Source: Chromera velia
Lineage: Eukaryota
Direction of reading: 5' to 3'
Assembly (NCBI GenBank): GCA_018398765.1
Contig: JAHBMJ010000286.1
Span: forward strand, 1-51,457
DNA: 51,457 nt
A program made the position numbers and the translations under genes. Shown piece after piece: positions 37,259-49,451 of the stretch (position 1 is the stretch's first letter; every line of letters begins with the position of its first letter). The notes under the pieces were generated by a model. It was given only the letters and a program-made list of their open reading frames with translations, was not told the DNA's origin and ran no database searches.

Positions 37259-37860
37259 CCTTCGTCACCGTTCAACTCGTCGTCTCGTGGTCTTTCTCCC
37301 TATTCGTATTTATGCGCGTCTCAGCAACTCGGCACAGATGTGGGTCCTCGAAGTGGCGAAGCTTTATTTGGCATCGGTCTCTTACTAGCCGTTCCACTCT
37401 CAAACGACCCTCTAGACGATGAGGCGTGTCGGAGACATTCGGAGACGGCAGGCTACATGCATATAGACGGATGTGCGGCAGCCTGGCTATGGGGGAGGGC
37501 CCCGGCATGCCCAGGCGGGCGGGCCTCCCATGCGTTCCTTATGTGCTTTGACATGCCGGGGTCCGACTCAGTGCAACACTGCATGCATCAACATGCATCA
37601 ACCGTTGATCGATCATGCTAGCTGGCGATCATGCTATAGCGATCATGATCGATCATCCATGAAGTGTGATCGATTGCTCCTCCATCGTTTATGCACCACC
37701 ACCACCATCCTTCATCCTCCTTGATCGATTCTATCAGACCCAAAGGGCAGTTTCTATGGTGTTGAATCCTCTCACTTGTGTCAATCACTCAGTCTGCCTG
37801 TTGCGGGATTGTTGCGAGTTTGTGCCTTTCGAAGATTGAAGCGACACGCCTGTATTCGCC

Positions 37861-39204
37861 ATGGCCACCCTCGGCGAAGGATCATATGGCAAAGTCACAC
37901 GCGAAGGACGCTTCGCCGTGAAGCGGGTCCCTGGTCCTTTGGCTTTTCTTGGGGTAAAGAGGGCGATGCAGCATGCTAGAGAGAGTAAAGTACTCCAACG
38001 CGTCCTCCACCAAAAAGGGTTCACGCAACTGGTGGCGGTGGAGGTGCACCACCCGAAGGTGAATCACGCCCTTCAAAGTATCCACGAGATCCCATTGGAT
38101 GCCGGAGGGTTTCCGGACTTTGGGCGACTCTCACTGTCAGTCGAAGCACTGCGAATGCGTTTGGTGATCAGTTGTGTGTGGCTGTTGCAATAAAGCTCCT
38201 TCCATTCGATGTGCTGCGTGCAGGACACTGAAGCAACTGTACGGTGGACGGTCAATAGACAAACTACTGGACGACCCATACCACGATGGGATGCCCCTCC
38301 ACAAAATTCAGGTCTATGCAAGAAGTGCGTGCAGGGCACTCGAGCACTTGCACGGTGATGGAATCGTGCACAGAGACTTGGTAAGTCCATGAAGCTAGGT
38401 TCCGGCATGCGGTCACACGAAGATCGAAATCCACCCTTTCGTTTGAGTGCCATAATTGAAAGACCTTCGCTGTGATTTCAGATTCTCCTAGCTGCCCAAT
38501 CCGATGGCACTGCAGGGCTCCTTTTGAGGAGCCAGGCCCTTTTTGATTTGCAATCATGTGTGAACGGCGCGTTGTTTTTTTGTTTCTGTGAAGACCTGGG
38601 GAATGTCACGGCTTGTGCCTCTTCTCCGTGAAGGCTCGTGTGCGTTCGCGTGTGTGCAGAAACCAGCCAATATGCTCATAGACGGCAACGGAGAGTGCGT
38701 TCTGTGCGACTTCGGACTTTCTACTGCAATACACAGGCGAGACGGGCACACAAAGATGACTCCTCACTGGCAGACGATGCAGCATGCAGTGTGTGAGGTG
38801 GCGGGAGGATCGAAAGAGTACTGTGAGAAGGTGGACATGTGGTCTCTTGCCTGTGTTTTGTTTGAGATGGCCACAGGGAGGTTGCTGTTTGATGCTCATA
38901 AAGACTGGAAAGGAAAGCCTTCCACACTCTCCAGAAGCATTTGAACAACACCAAAGAAGGCTTGCAGGCCCTTTTGATTCAGATGAAGGGGTCTCTTGGG
39001 GGGGATCGATTGCTGGGCGACTTCGCTGAATTCCTCTCAGCCTTGCTCCATAAGTCACCCGATTCCCGTGTCTCCGCTAGGGAGTGTCTGGCACTCACCT
39101 TCCTGAAGGAAGAGAAATCAGAACAGAAACAGCAGACCCCGACCGCAACCATGCAGCCAGATGACAGAAGCAAAGCAGCACATCAAAGACTTCTGGTCTT
39201 TTGA
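37861..39204 (+). pseudogene. Ser/Thr protein kinase (CMGC-like), frameshifted
   Basis: Exons 37861-38135, 38224-38380 and 38660-39204 give LGEGSYGKV, FAVKR, HRDL|KPAN, DFG, VDMWSLAC and PDSRVSARECL. APE is replaced by VCE, and a frameshift falls near 38930-38944. Confidence 0.75.
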
Positions 39205-40140
39205 CAGATTCGATCCAGAAGTTCCCGCTCCTGTCCCTGCACAGACCCAACCAGGATTCGATCAGAAGTTCAGAGACCATCCTGTGACCTGTTTGATCGG
39301 TTAGTCGATCGGGTGCCCTGTGGTGTGTTGCTGTGCTATCAGGCTCATGAGCTGTTTTGTTTGCCGAGCGCCCTACTCCTCGCCTTCCCTCGCTACCCCG
39401 TCCCTCTCTCCGTCCTCCCTATTTCATTGAGTTCAATCTGCTTTTCGTCTCAGGTGTCTTTTTTCCTCTCCCGTTTTTTGAACAATTCTGACACCAATCG
39501 CCCCCTCTTCAATCAGCCCTTTACCGCAATCCAAATCAGTGCAGATTAGTGCATCTTCACCAGATCTAAGTTTTTGATCATTCATTCCCCTCCTTGCCTG
39601 GGTATTTGCCCTCGCTGTCTATCTGTTTGATTGCTGCCTGCATGCAGATGAGGTGATACAGGTGGGGAAACAGCTGACTATCGTGAACAAACAAAAGACA
39701 TCGTCACCTGGCGCTCTCTCTCGGTCAGCCAAGTTGCTCTCTCTTTCTTGCTCCATTTCTGAGGGCCGAGCTTTTCAACTGTTCGTCGTACCTCAGAGCC
39801 TGCTGCTGTCGTAATTTCCTAATGCGTTCAATTTGGCTGGATTGAGAAGTCCCCTCCTCGTTAGGCAGTCGACAACGCGTTTGCGCTGAAAGGCCTTTCC
39901 CGGAGCCGCTCACGTGTGAAGGGGGGTGGGGGATAGAAAAGGCGTAGAGAGTTTCCGGGGTAGAAAGAGAAAAATGGGCGAACAAAAGAACACAATGACT
40001 GTCTGAAAAGGAGACACAGGGGAGGATACGAGAATCGGACGCGGTGCCATGGTTGTCTGGTCTCACAGGGGCCTTCCAAAAGAAAGAGATCAGACTACGG
40101 ATCAGATGAGGCAGTAGAAGTCGGCAGGAGTTGTGGACAT

Positions 40141-40402
40141 GATGGGCTGAGGAAAGAAGGACAGGTCTTTTGAAAAAGGGGGCAGAGGCTACTGAGGAAA
40201 GAATAGAAAAGAGGCTGCGGTCATTTGAAGGGAGGGGGCAGAGGCTATGAATATGATGGGCTGAAGAAAAATTAGAAAAGAGGAGACGGTCATTTGAAGG
40301 GAGGGGGCAGAGGCTATGGATATGATGGGCTGAGGAAAGAATAGAAAAGAGGACGGTCATTTGAAGGGAGGGGGCAGAGGCTATGGATATGATGGGCTGA
40401 GG
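40141..40402. repeat. Minisatellite, ~67-69-bp unit, about 4 degenerate copies
   Basis: GATGGGCTGA(G/A)GAAA...GGGGGCAGAGGCTA recurs at 40141, 40255, 40324 and 40391. Confidence 0.85.
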
Positions 40403-41814
40403 AGCCAAGATGAAGAGGGGAGGGGAAAGTGAGACAGAACTGTAGCAAGTCAGTGAGACGGATGGACAGCAAGTCAGGAAGGCAGAAACCTAGCCAGTTA
40501 GGAAGGCGGTGGCGCAGCGAGTCAGTCAGTTCAAATGAGGGTCAGGCTTTTTGTTTTTCTTTTAGCCAGGTCATGGGATGTTTGTCCCTCCATTGAGGAT
40601 GTCAGGCATGCCCGCAGCCAGTCACTTGAGTCGCTTTTCCCCCCTTAGTCAGGCAGGAGTCAATGCGAAGCCAGTCTCACCTTCATAGCCGGAATGACCG
40701 ACAGTCCAAATACAGGGATGAGGTCATACATCAGACAAATCGCAACGGCCTCGCATACGTCCATCTGATGGGAGCTTTGAGTAGCAACAGAATCGACACC
40801 TTTTCGAACTCAAAAGAGAGTCTGCACAAAGCGCCCAAGTCTTCTTGTACTTCAATCCCTAGCTAACCAGCCTGCATGTCTGTGTTGAGATAGTCAGTGA
40901 GACCGTCGCGTGGATAGATAGTCAGTTAGGCCGTCCGTAGAGAGGTAGAGAGGCGGTGACCAGACAGTCAGAAAGGGGATTTCGAAGTCAGAATTCAGGT
41001 TGGGTGGGGGGGTCTTCCGCGTGCAGTAAAGGGCTGGCACGTTGCTCTGGTAAACCTTCGGTTAGTGAAGGTAGGATCAGGTTGCGTTCCGCGGGACATT
41101 CGTAAATCAATCCAGCATTCATGATTGAACGCAGTCCTTGCAGCAGCAAAAGTGTGTTTGATAATTCGTCAACTAGTTCCTTTCAGTGGAGACGATTTTT
41201 TTCCTGTAAGGCTTTTCGCAAGGCCGGCATTTGCTAACGTCCTCTGGCTTTTTCGCACAGTTGGTTCCACTCCTCAGTTGGTTGTTTTCCCCCTCCCCAT
41301 CGTTTCTTCTGCCCATCACTGCAGGACTGCGCTCGCGTCATCATCCGCTCCTGCTTCTTCCAGCAACGCGTCAGTCACGTAGCTCTTTTTCAGTGTTATA
41401 CGTGACAGAAGTGGAAAGCACACACGCACAAACACATATGTGTACACACACAAAGAAGAGAGAGAGGGAGAGAGAGAGAGAGAGGAAATGTCGATGTGTG
41501 AGGTTGAAGTGCTCTTGAAGCCTCTGGACAGAGGGTGCCATTGAAGGTGTGCATGCAGTCAGCAGAGTCGCACTTCTCGCGCCAAAGTTGTCCACGAACG
41601 TTCTGACCGTCACTTGACTGACAGAGATTTTTCCCACACAGCTGTACCCATTTGGATCGATTTCTGCAAGGCATTTCTGCGAGGAAGACACCCTTTCTCT
41701 GTTCCATGCATGGGTGCTCCTGTCTGCAGTCCACCGAGAGGGCCCCAGGAGTCGGCATCTCACACGGCAGAGTCAGTTAGATCCGCGTATGCACAGTGAT
41801 AAATACAGACACAG

Positions 41815-41845
<31 letters not shown>

Positions 41846-42143
41846 GAGAGAGAGAGAGAGAAAAGAAGTATGGGGAGAGGGGGACACTGACTGTGTGAAT
41901 GAAAACAAATGCTGTCTGGTGAGACGTATCACTGCTCAGAATGAATCCCCAGCTCCCGAAGTTCTCAGGCATCCGCACATGTACAAGAATCCATGCGATG
42001 GCAGATTTCTTCGTAGCAATGATTGCATGCCCATGTTTGACTTGTTCGTCTCTCCGAGAAAACTGCGCGCTACATGCCGAGTACAGACTATTTTGTACTC
42101 TTGATTGCAATTGTAACATCATTTGCACCTTTTCGCCTCTGCA

Positions 42144-42986
42144 GACATGAACATGAGGCTTCAGGCAAGAAGAGGAGGAGGTCCGAGAGCAGGCCGCCCC
42201 GGCACAATTCTTCTTCCAGCTCGAGCCCAGAGTCTCCTGTTCCCTCTGACGAGCCCTCAGATGCAGAGGACGGTCTCTCGGCAGAGCCTGCAGAGTCAAA
42301 ACCAAAACGTGCAAGGGGAGATGCGGAAGGCAGGAGTCCCGAAAGCGGTCAGTCCGGTTGTCTCATGTCTTGAAAAAGTTTTACAAAGAAAGCGTGAACA
42401 ACCTCTGCAAATATTGCACAGAGTGTTCAAACCCGATCATTTATCTGTCGGTTCGCTCCCATTGTACTCCTACTGTACGGATGAAAGACAAAGGTTGCTT
42501 CGGCTTACGCAGCAGCCTGAATGTGACCGAGGTGCACGTTCCTTACCTTTGTGACTCCCTACTTCCGTGTGTACAGGTGAGAGCGCTCCGGGAGGGGCCT
42601 CTGCTGGCAGTGTGAGACCCTCTCGGCCAGGTGGTGGCTCTTTCTCCCCTCAGGGTGCTGTCCCTGCAATGCCATCTTCTTCAGAGACCCTCCATCTCCA
42701 GCAGTCGCACAGACCACACCCAGATGATGCACGACCAGAGAGCGTCGGGAACCCCCCATCTGTAGGTGACCGTCTCCCTTTTCAGTCATCAAGTGTCCAC
42801 CTGTCTTCTTCGGGAGGTAGAGGATCTCCATCTGGAGCACGTGAAGCTACTGAGTCTCTGAAAGACAGTGCAGAAGAGAGTCTACTCCCAGGAGATGTGG
42901 TTGGTTCTCCTCAGCAGCAAGAACAGGGACAGGGGGTGGAGAAGGGGGCTCTGGGTTGTTATTCGCAGGGCCAGGACTCCCGATGA
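42144..42986 (+). pseudogene. Exon-like Ser/Pro-rich fragments of a hypothetical gene
   Basis: Open, low-complexity stretches follow AG acceptors near 42143 and 42576. No domain was recognised and the downstream frame has stops. Confidence 0.25.
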
Positions 42987-44164
42987 TGGAGTTGATGTCG
43001 GTTCTCTCTGCTAGAAGGCACTCTGCATTGGAAGGTGTCTTGCTTGTCAATGAGGGTCTTCCTCGCAGCTTTGGCGGCATGAGAATGATCATTGTTGTTG
43101 TGAAAAGTTGGGATCAGAGGTTGGGATGAGAGGTTGACGCGTAGATAGATAGAGGGAGGGAGGGAGCGAAAACATACATAGAGGGCCGGAGCATTGACTG
43201 ATCCTCGATCGACTGTGAAACGTACTGCCATGCGGTGAACCGGGATACGCTTGTTTATCTCCGCTCGTCTCAGTGGTCCTGTGAGACAAAAAAGTGTCTG
43301 GCAGCCTCTTTCATACGCCCACCCATCAAGTGCTTTCGGAAGCAGTTTCCAAAGAACGGATGAAAACTATCATGAATTCTGTACAGAAACCACTTGGCGG
43401 CTTCATCTAGCATGCCTGTGCGTGTTTTTTTGGGCTGCTTCATGCTGCCTTTGACACCCTCAGTTGCTTGTCATGCAAGTTCTGGTGCAACGATCGGGAA
43501 GGAGTCATTAAGGGAACCTCTGGGGAGTTAATTTGAAAGTGTCCGGATATTCCTGGTGTCAGGCTCGTGAACACTTTCACAACGTTGACGAGAGAGCTCA
43601 GCAAGCGCAACAACATTTGATTTATGGCTTTCAGCATGTTTTTGTACTGATTTTATGTAAACAAAATTATAATAAAATCACAATACTACTACTATGCAGT
43701 AGCCCATATAATCATGTCATAAATATGAAGAAATCAATCAAAAGGGATGTGTTGGGGGATCTTTGTATATACATTTTATTTTTCATTTTTTTTCTTTATA
43801 TTTTTTTAAAATTAAATTAAATCGTTATGGCTTTGTATGATGGATGTCATCATCATCATTATACACCATCGTTGTTTGTGTAGACTAATGGCCCAGCGGC
43901 CCCAGCCTTTAAGGCTTCCAACATTAATTAGGCAAAAGACAAATTGAAGTTTGGGAGCCCTGCCCCAAAGGAGAATGCGCACACAAAGATATGACAACTT
44001 GAAATGACGCTCAGCGGCTTAAAAGAGATTTGTCCTGAACTATATGAGAAAGATTGGCTTTAAAACTTAAAAGCTGATTTATATAACATTAAAGAGACTA
44101 AAAAAGTGGCTAGAGAAAGTTAAGCTGTGCACTTTCTTCTATCCCATCACAGTGCTTAAAGGTA

Positions 44165-45033
44165 TCCCCGTGTCACTATCGACTGAAACTTTTTAGGAGA
44201 TTCAAGTTCAGCCTAAGTTCTGCGCTTTTCACCTATAAAGTTCAAGTCTATTCCGAAGTTCTGCGCTAGGTCAATCTTTACTGGTGTTCAATACCACAGT
44301 GTAACCACACCTTGCCGTACATACAGTACGTTTTCTATACAAATGTCATCGTCACTCTCATCGAGGACTTCATTCTTAAAAATGCAAATGATACTCAAAT
44401 TTGAAGGGCCTTCTTTTGTAGCAACACAAATACAACACAAAGATCCCGAGCCTGGCAATGCTCTGATCTGTTTTTTGCTTCTCTTTCTATGTTTTGTTGA
44501 CTCTGAGTCTCTGTGAGATACAAAAGAGTACAGAAGAGAAAAGACACTCAGGTGCATTTATAGAAAGATTTGTACAAATCGGTACAAATTGAGAAAGAAC
44601 GCTTACAAAAGTATTAAAATCTGATAGTTAGTCTTTTTTTAGGTCTTTTTCCTGCGCGAGGCTCCTAGCTAGTGCCTCCTACTATTTTGAGGCAGCGACG
44701 TATTAGTCAAATGCAACTACGTTTTTCCGCTCTTTTTACTTCGTAACGGCCGAAAATCCCTCTGTTGTCGTCAATTTTCATACTTTCAATTCCCTTTCAG
44801 CTTCCTCTTCTGTGAGACTGTCTAAACCCCTAGCTAACCCCCCTTCTTCTTCACTGCATCTCTACTAACTTCGTCACATCGACATCGGTCGACACTCTGC
44901 GGCTTTTGACCATAGCATCCTGCGAAGTTCTGCACCCCTTATCTCAAAGCACACTTCGAAGTTCTGCAACAAAGTTCAAGACTATTCCGAACTTCCGCAG
45001 CCTCAGTTCAAGGAGTCGATAGTGATAAAGGGG
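44165..45033. mobile_element. Non-autonomous TIR DNA transposon (Tc1/mariner-like, TA target)
   Basis: Imperfect 20-bp TIRs TCCCCGTGTCACTATCGACT / AGTCGATAGTGATAAAGGGG, each flanked by TA. Subterminal AAGTTCAAG.CTATTCCGAA and AAGTTCTGC repeats occur near both ends. Confidence 0.65.
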
Positions 45034-45132
45034 TACTCAAAGACACGACTCAATCACTTATAATTATCACTTATCACTTCTCTCTTTTTTTTTTAATCAT
45101 GATTTCATTTATTTTTTCTTAATTAATACTCG

Positions 45133-45452
45133 AGTAAAATTTGACATGATGCATGCGCAGCGTCAGTATGTGTGCGTGTCCGGCTGTGTCAGGTATGCAA
45201 AGGTATCACGCGCTGTATGAGAGTAATTTGCGTATTTCATGTGCATGAATAATTCTGTTCATACTTCCATGTATGCAGAAATCCATGCAGAGTGAATTCA
45301 ATTAATACAAAGACCAAAAGTTGAGCCAAACAGAGGCATGAATGCAAATAGTGAACTGATCCATGAAGTCTCACTCCATCTGACGGAGCCAATAACCTTC
45401 TGATAATAAAATGGCCAGGGTGTGCTAAGGGACACAGTCCCTATATTTCTAC
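45133..45452 (+). repeat. LTR 1
   Basis: AGTAAAATTTGAC...TATATTTCTAC, 320 bp. Confidence 0.88.
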
Positions 45453-45505
45453 TGGTGACATCAGCGAGAGTCAGATGAACAACAGTTGATTGAGTAGAGA
45501 CTAAA

Positions 45506-46816
45506 ATGTTAGAGTCAAAGAAAGAAGCAGAGAAACCTCTAGGGGAGTATCCCTTTATTAATCGAAACGTAGAAAAGTGGAGAAAGAGCACAGTGTGCAT
45601 CCGAAACTCCAATATCAGACTGTTTGGCAAGACAGAGGAGGAGGTTGCACAATAGGATTTCAATCAGTTGTTGTTCGTATGTCAAGACCATCCGAAGGCA
45701 GGTCCAGCAGCTGATACTGTCTACAGAAGAAAAGAGGATGGTGATAATACGTTGAAGTCAGGCATAGGTCTAAACTGGGCAATCTTCTGGAAAAAGTGTG
45801 TTGATGCCCTTATTTCTGAGATCTACACCGCTCTCCAGTTTGTGGACGAACAGAAAAGAGACGAAGTCAATCAGGAATGGGCAAGAGCAGCTGATATGGG
45901 TTTTGAGGTCTACTCGTTTTAAGAAGTCATGGTCAAGTACGAGAACCTCAACAAACGGATCAAAAACGCCGGTGCGGACGATGATACCACCGATCACACC
46001 AGAGCCCTCGCTGTTCGTAAGTCCATCCCTAAATAGTACTAGGTCCTCTGGTCTATATAGATAACCCAAGATCAGTACAACGACCCAGACAAACTAATAG
46101 ATAAGTGCAGAGCCATGGCAGGTAAGACAAACTGCAACAGCTTTGCAACAGTCAGTCACCTCGAACTAAACCCAGCAGCAGCAGCAGCCATCCGTGTGAC
46201 CGGGGAGTTCAAAAGTATAAACTATATTGGTGGGACTGGCAACCCTCCCCTGAATTACGGAGGCAGAGGGGGGAGAGATGGAAACGCAGGAAAAGGAAAA
46301 GGTGGAGGATTCCATGGAAGATATCAAACTGCCTCCGGATCCTTCAACATCAATTCCAACTTCAATCCCTAGTCTGAGAGCAATAAGCAGCAGCAACAAA
46401 ACAAGTGCCCTGGTTGTGTTTGACAAGGGGGGCATGATGAAGGATACGACTGCAGGGGACTGAAGCATTGGTATGCGTATTGCAAATCAGTTGGGCACTT
46501 TGAGAGGGCGTGTCCCGATATCCGCAGGAAACACGTAGAGAGAGGCAGAGCGAGGGGGAGAGGGGGTGGACCCCCAGCACGAGGGGGTGCGCAAGTGGGG
46601 GGACAAGGGCCTGCTCCGCACGTGGCATTGTATATGTGCAACTCTAGGTGCAACTACTCCGCAAGTCCCCCTGTGCCTCCCGGCTACTCAGCCATGATGA
46701 CTACACCTTCATTTCTCTTTATGAAAGCATTGGGGGATGTGGAGAACCCGACTTTCCGAGTCGGTGAGGTTTTGGGAAAGGCAGAGGAAGGAACCGGCTT
46801 TGGAGACAGCTGGTAA
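45506..46816 (+). pseudogene. gag-like ORF, copy 1 (multiple stops)
   Basis: Colinear with copy 2. The knuckle is degraded to YAYCKSVGHFERAC, and several TAG/TAA codons sit where copy 2 has TGG/CAA/CAG. Confidence 0.75.
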
Positions 46817-46941
46817 AGAGAGCAATGGAGGGACTGAGTGGCAGTGTAGGGAGACACACCTACTCTTCTTCACTTCTTTTCAATCAGGCATACATGTGTA
46901 GGGGTGCAGGGAGTCACATTCACACATCTAACAAAGTTAAT

Positions 46942-47198
46942 CAGTGCAGGGCGTCACTGAGAAGGAAGTTAACCATACAGTGCAGGGCGTCACTGTGAAA
47001 CGGAAGTATACATACACATCCAGACAATTAATCAGTGCAGGGCGTCACTGATAATTAGACAGCCTGAGGCAGTGCGGAGTGTCACTGACTGATATACAAA
47101 CAGTGCGGGGCGACACTGATGGAAACACAAACACAGAAAAAAATACAAACAGTGCGGAGCGTTATTATTTCTGACAGTACTGCGGAGCATCGGTACTG
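46942..47198 (+). repeat. Array of seven short hairpin repeats (CAGTGCRGRGCGTCACTG) downstream of gag, copy 1
   Basis: Units at 46942, 46978, 47033, 47070, 47101, 47150 (degenerate) and 47175 (variant), each with a CAGTG/CACTG-type stem. Confidence 0.85.
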
Positions 47199-47298
47199 GT
47201 TAAATCAAATTCATGAAAGCAAACCTGCATGCATCAAATTTCGAAATTCATTTCTCTGATCTTGTGATTGAACAATCATCTCCAAAATGAGGGGGGTA

Positions 47299-47618
47299 AG
47301 TGAAATTTGACATGATGCATGCGCAGCATCAGTATGTGTGCGTGTCCGGCTGTGTCAGGCATGCAAAGGTATCGTGCGCCGTGTGAGAGTAATTTGCGTA
47401 TTTCATGTGCATGAATAATTCTGTTTATACTTCCATGTATGCAGAAATCCATGTAGAGTGAATTCAATTAATACAAAGACCAAAAGTTGAGCCAAACAGA
47501 GGCATGAATGCAAATAGTGAACTGATCCATGAAGTTTCACTCCATCTGACGGAGCTAATAACCTTCTGATAATAAAATGGCCAGGGTGTGCCAAGGGACA
47601 CAGTCCCTATATTTCTAC
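47299..47618 (+). repeat. LTR 2 (shared central LTR)
   Basis: Preceded by the PPT and followed by the PBS. Confidence 0.9.
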
Positions 47619-47670
47619 TGGTGATGCCAGCGAGAGTCAGATGAACAACAGTTGATTGAGTAAAACTGAA

Positions 47671-48972
47671 ATGTCAAAGTCAAAGAAAGAAGCAAAGAAA
47701 CCTCTGGGGGAGTATCCTTTTATTAATCGAAACGTAGAAAAGTGGAGAAAGAACATAGTGTGCATCCGAGACTCCAATGTCAGACTATTTGGCAAAACAG
47801 AGGAGGAGGTTGCACAATGGGATTTCAATCAGTTGTTGCTTGCATGTCAGGACCATCCGAAGGCAGGTCCAGCAGCTGATACTGTCTATAGGAGAAAAGA
47901 GGATGGTAACAATACGTTGAAGTCAGGCATGGGTCCAAACCGGGCAATCTCCTGGAAGAAGTGCGTTGATGCCCTTATTTCTGAGATCTACACCGCTCTC
48001 CAGTTTGTGGACGAACAGAAAAGAGACGAAGTCAATCAGGAATGGGCGAGAGCAGCTGATGTGGGTTTTGAGGTCTACTTGTTTCAAGAAGTTGTGGTCA
48101 AGTACGAGAACCTCAACAAACGGACCAAAAACGCCGGTGCGGAGGATGATACCACCGATCACACCAGAGCCCTCGCTGTTCATAAGTCCATCCCTAACTA
48201 GTACTAGGTCTTCTGGTCCACACAGATGACCCAAGATCAGTACAACGACCCAGACAAACTAATGGATAAGTGCAAAGCCATGGCAGGCAAGACAAACTGC
48301 AACAGCTTTGCAACAGTCAGTCACCTCAAACCAAATCCAGCAGCAGCAGCAGCCATCCGTGTGACCGGAGAGTTCAAAAGTATAAACTACGTTCAACTTG
48401 GTGGGACTGGCAACCCTCCCCTGAATCACGGAGGCAGAGGGAGGAGAGGTGGAAACGCAGGAAAAGGAAAAGGTGAAGGATTCCATGGAGGATATCAAAC
48501 TGCCTCTAGGTCCTTCAACATCAATTCTAACTTCAATCCCTGGTCTGAGAGCAATAAGCAGCAGCAACAAAATGAGTGCCCCGGTTGTGCTTGACAATGG
48601 GGGCATGATGAAGGATACGACTACAGGGGACTGAAGCATTGGTGTGCGCATTGCGAATCAGTTGGGCACTTTGAGAGGGCGTGTCCCGATATCCGTAGGA
48701 AACACGCAGAGAGAGGCAAAGCGAGGGGGAGAGGGGGTAGACCCCCAGCACGAGGGGGTACACAAGTGGGGGGACAAGGGCCTGCTCCGCACGTGGTATC
48801 GTACATGTACAACTACTCCGCAAGTCCCCCTGTGCCTCCCGGCTACTCAGCCATGATGACCGCACCTTCATTTCCCTTTATGAAAGCATTGGGGGATGTG
48901 GAGAACCCGACTTTCCGAGTCGGTGAGGTTTTGGGAAAGGCAGAGGAAGGAACCGGCTTTGGAGACAGCTAG
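47671..48972 (+). pseudogene. gag-like ORF, copy 2, with CCHC zinc knuckle
   Basis: One frame from ATG 47671 with a few internal stops. It contains CAHCESVGHFERAC (C-x2-C-x4-H-x4-C), preceded by a second knuckle-like CPGC...H motif and an RGG-rich segment. Confidence 0.8.
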
Positions 48973-49100
48973 TAAAGAGAGCAATGGAGGGACTAAGTGG
49001 GAGTGCAGGGAGACACACCTACTCTTCTTCACTTCTTTTCAATCAGGGATACATGTATGGGGGTGCAGGGAGTCACATTCACATATCCAACAAAGTCAAT

Positions 49101-49351
49101 CAGTGCAGGGCGTCAATGAGAAGGAAGTTAACCATACAGTGCAGGGTGTCACTGTGAAACGGAAGTATACATACACATCCAGACAATCAATCAGTGCAGG
49201 GCGTCACTGATAATTAGACAGGCAGTGCGGAGCGTCACTGACTGATACACAAACAGTGCGGAGCGACACTGATGGAAACACAAACACAGAAAGAAATACA
49301 AACAGTGCGGAGCGTTATTATTTCTGACAGTACTGCGGAGCATCGGTATTG
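49101..49351 (+). repeat. Hairpin repeat array, copy 2
   Basis: Same units and nearly the same spacers as 46942-47198. Confidence 0.85.
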
Positions 49352-49451
49352 GTCAAATCAAATTCATGAAAGCAAACCTGCATGCATCAAATTTCGAAAC
49401 TCATTTCTCCGATCTTGTGATTGAACAATCATCTCTGAAATGAGGGGGGTA

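Noticed and set aside
43840..44150. Minus-strand LINE 3' fragment with an (ATG)n tail
   Set aside because: A tail-like repeat is present, but there is no recognisable protein motif or TSD to support the call.
46942..47198. CRISPR array
   Set aside because: Repeats are only ~18 nt, spacer lengths are irregular (7-37 nt), there are no cas genes, and the array lies inside a eukaryotic LTR element.
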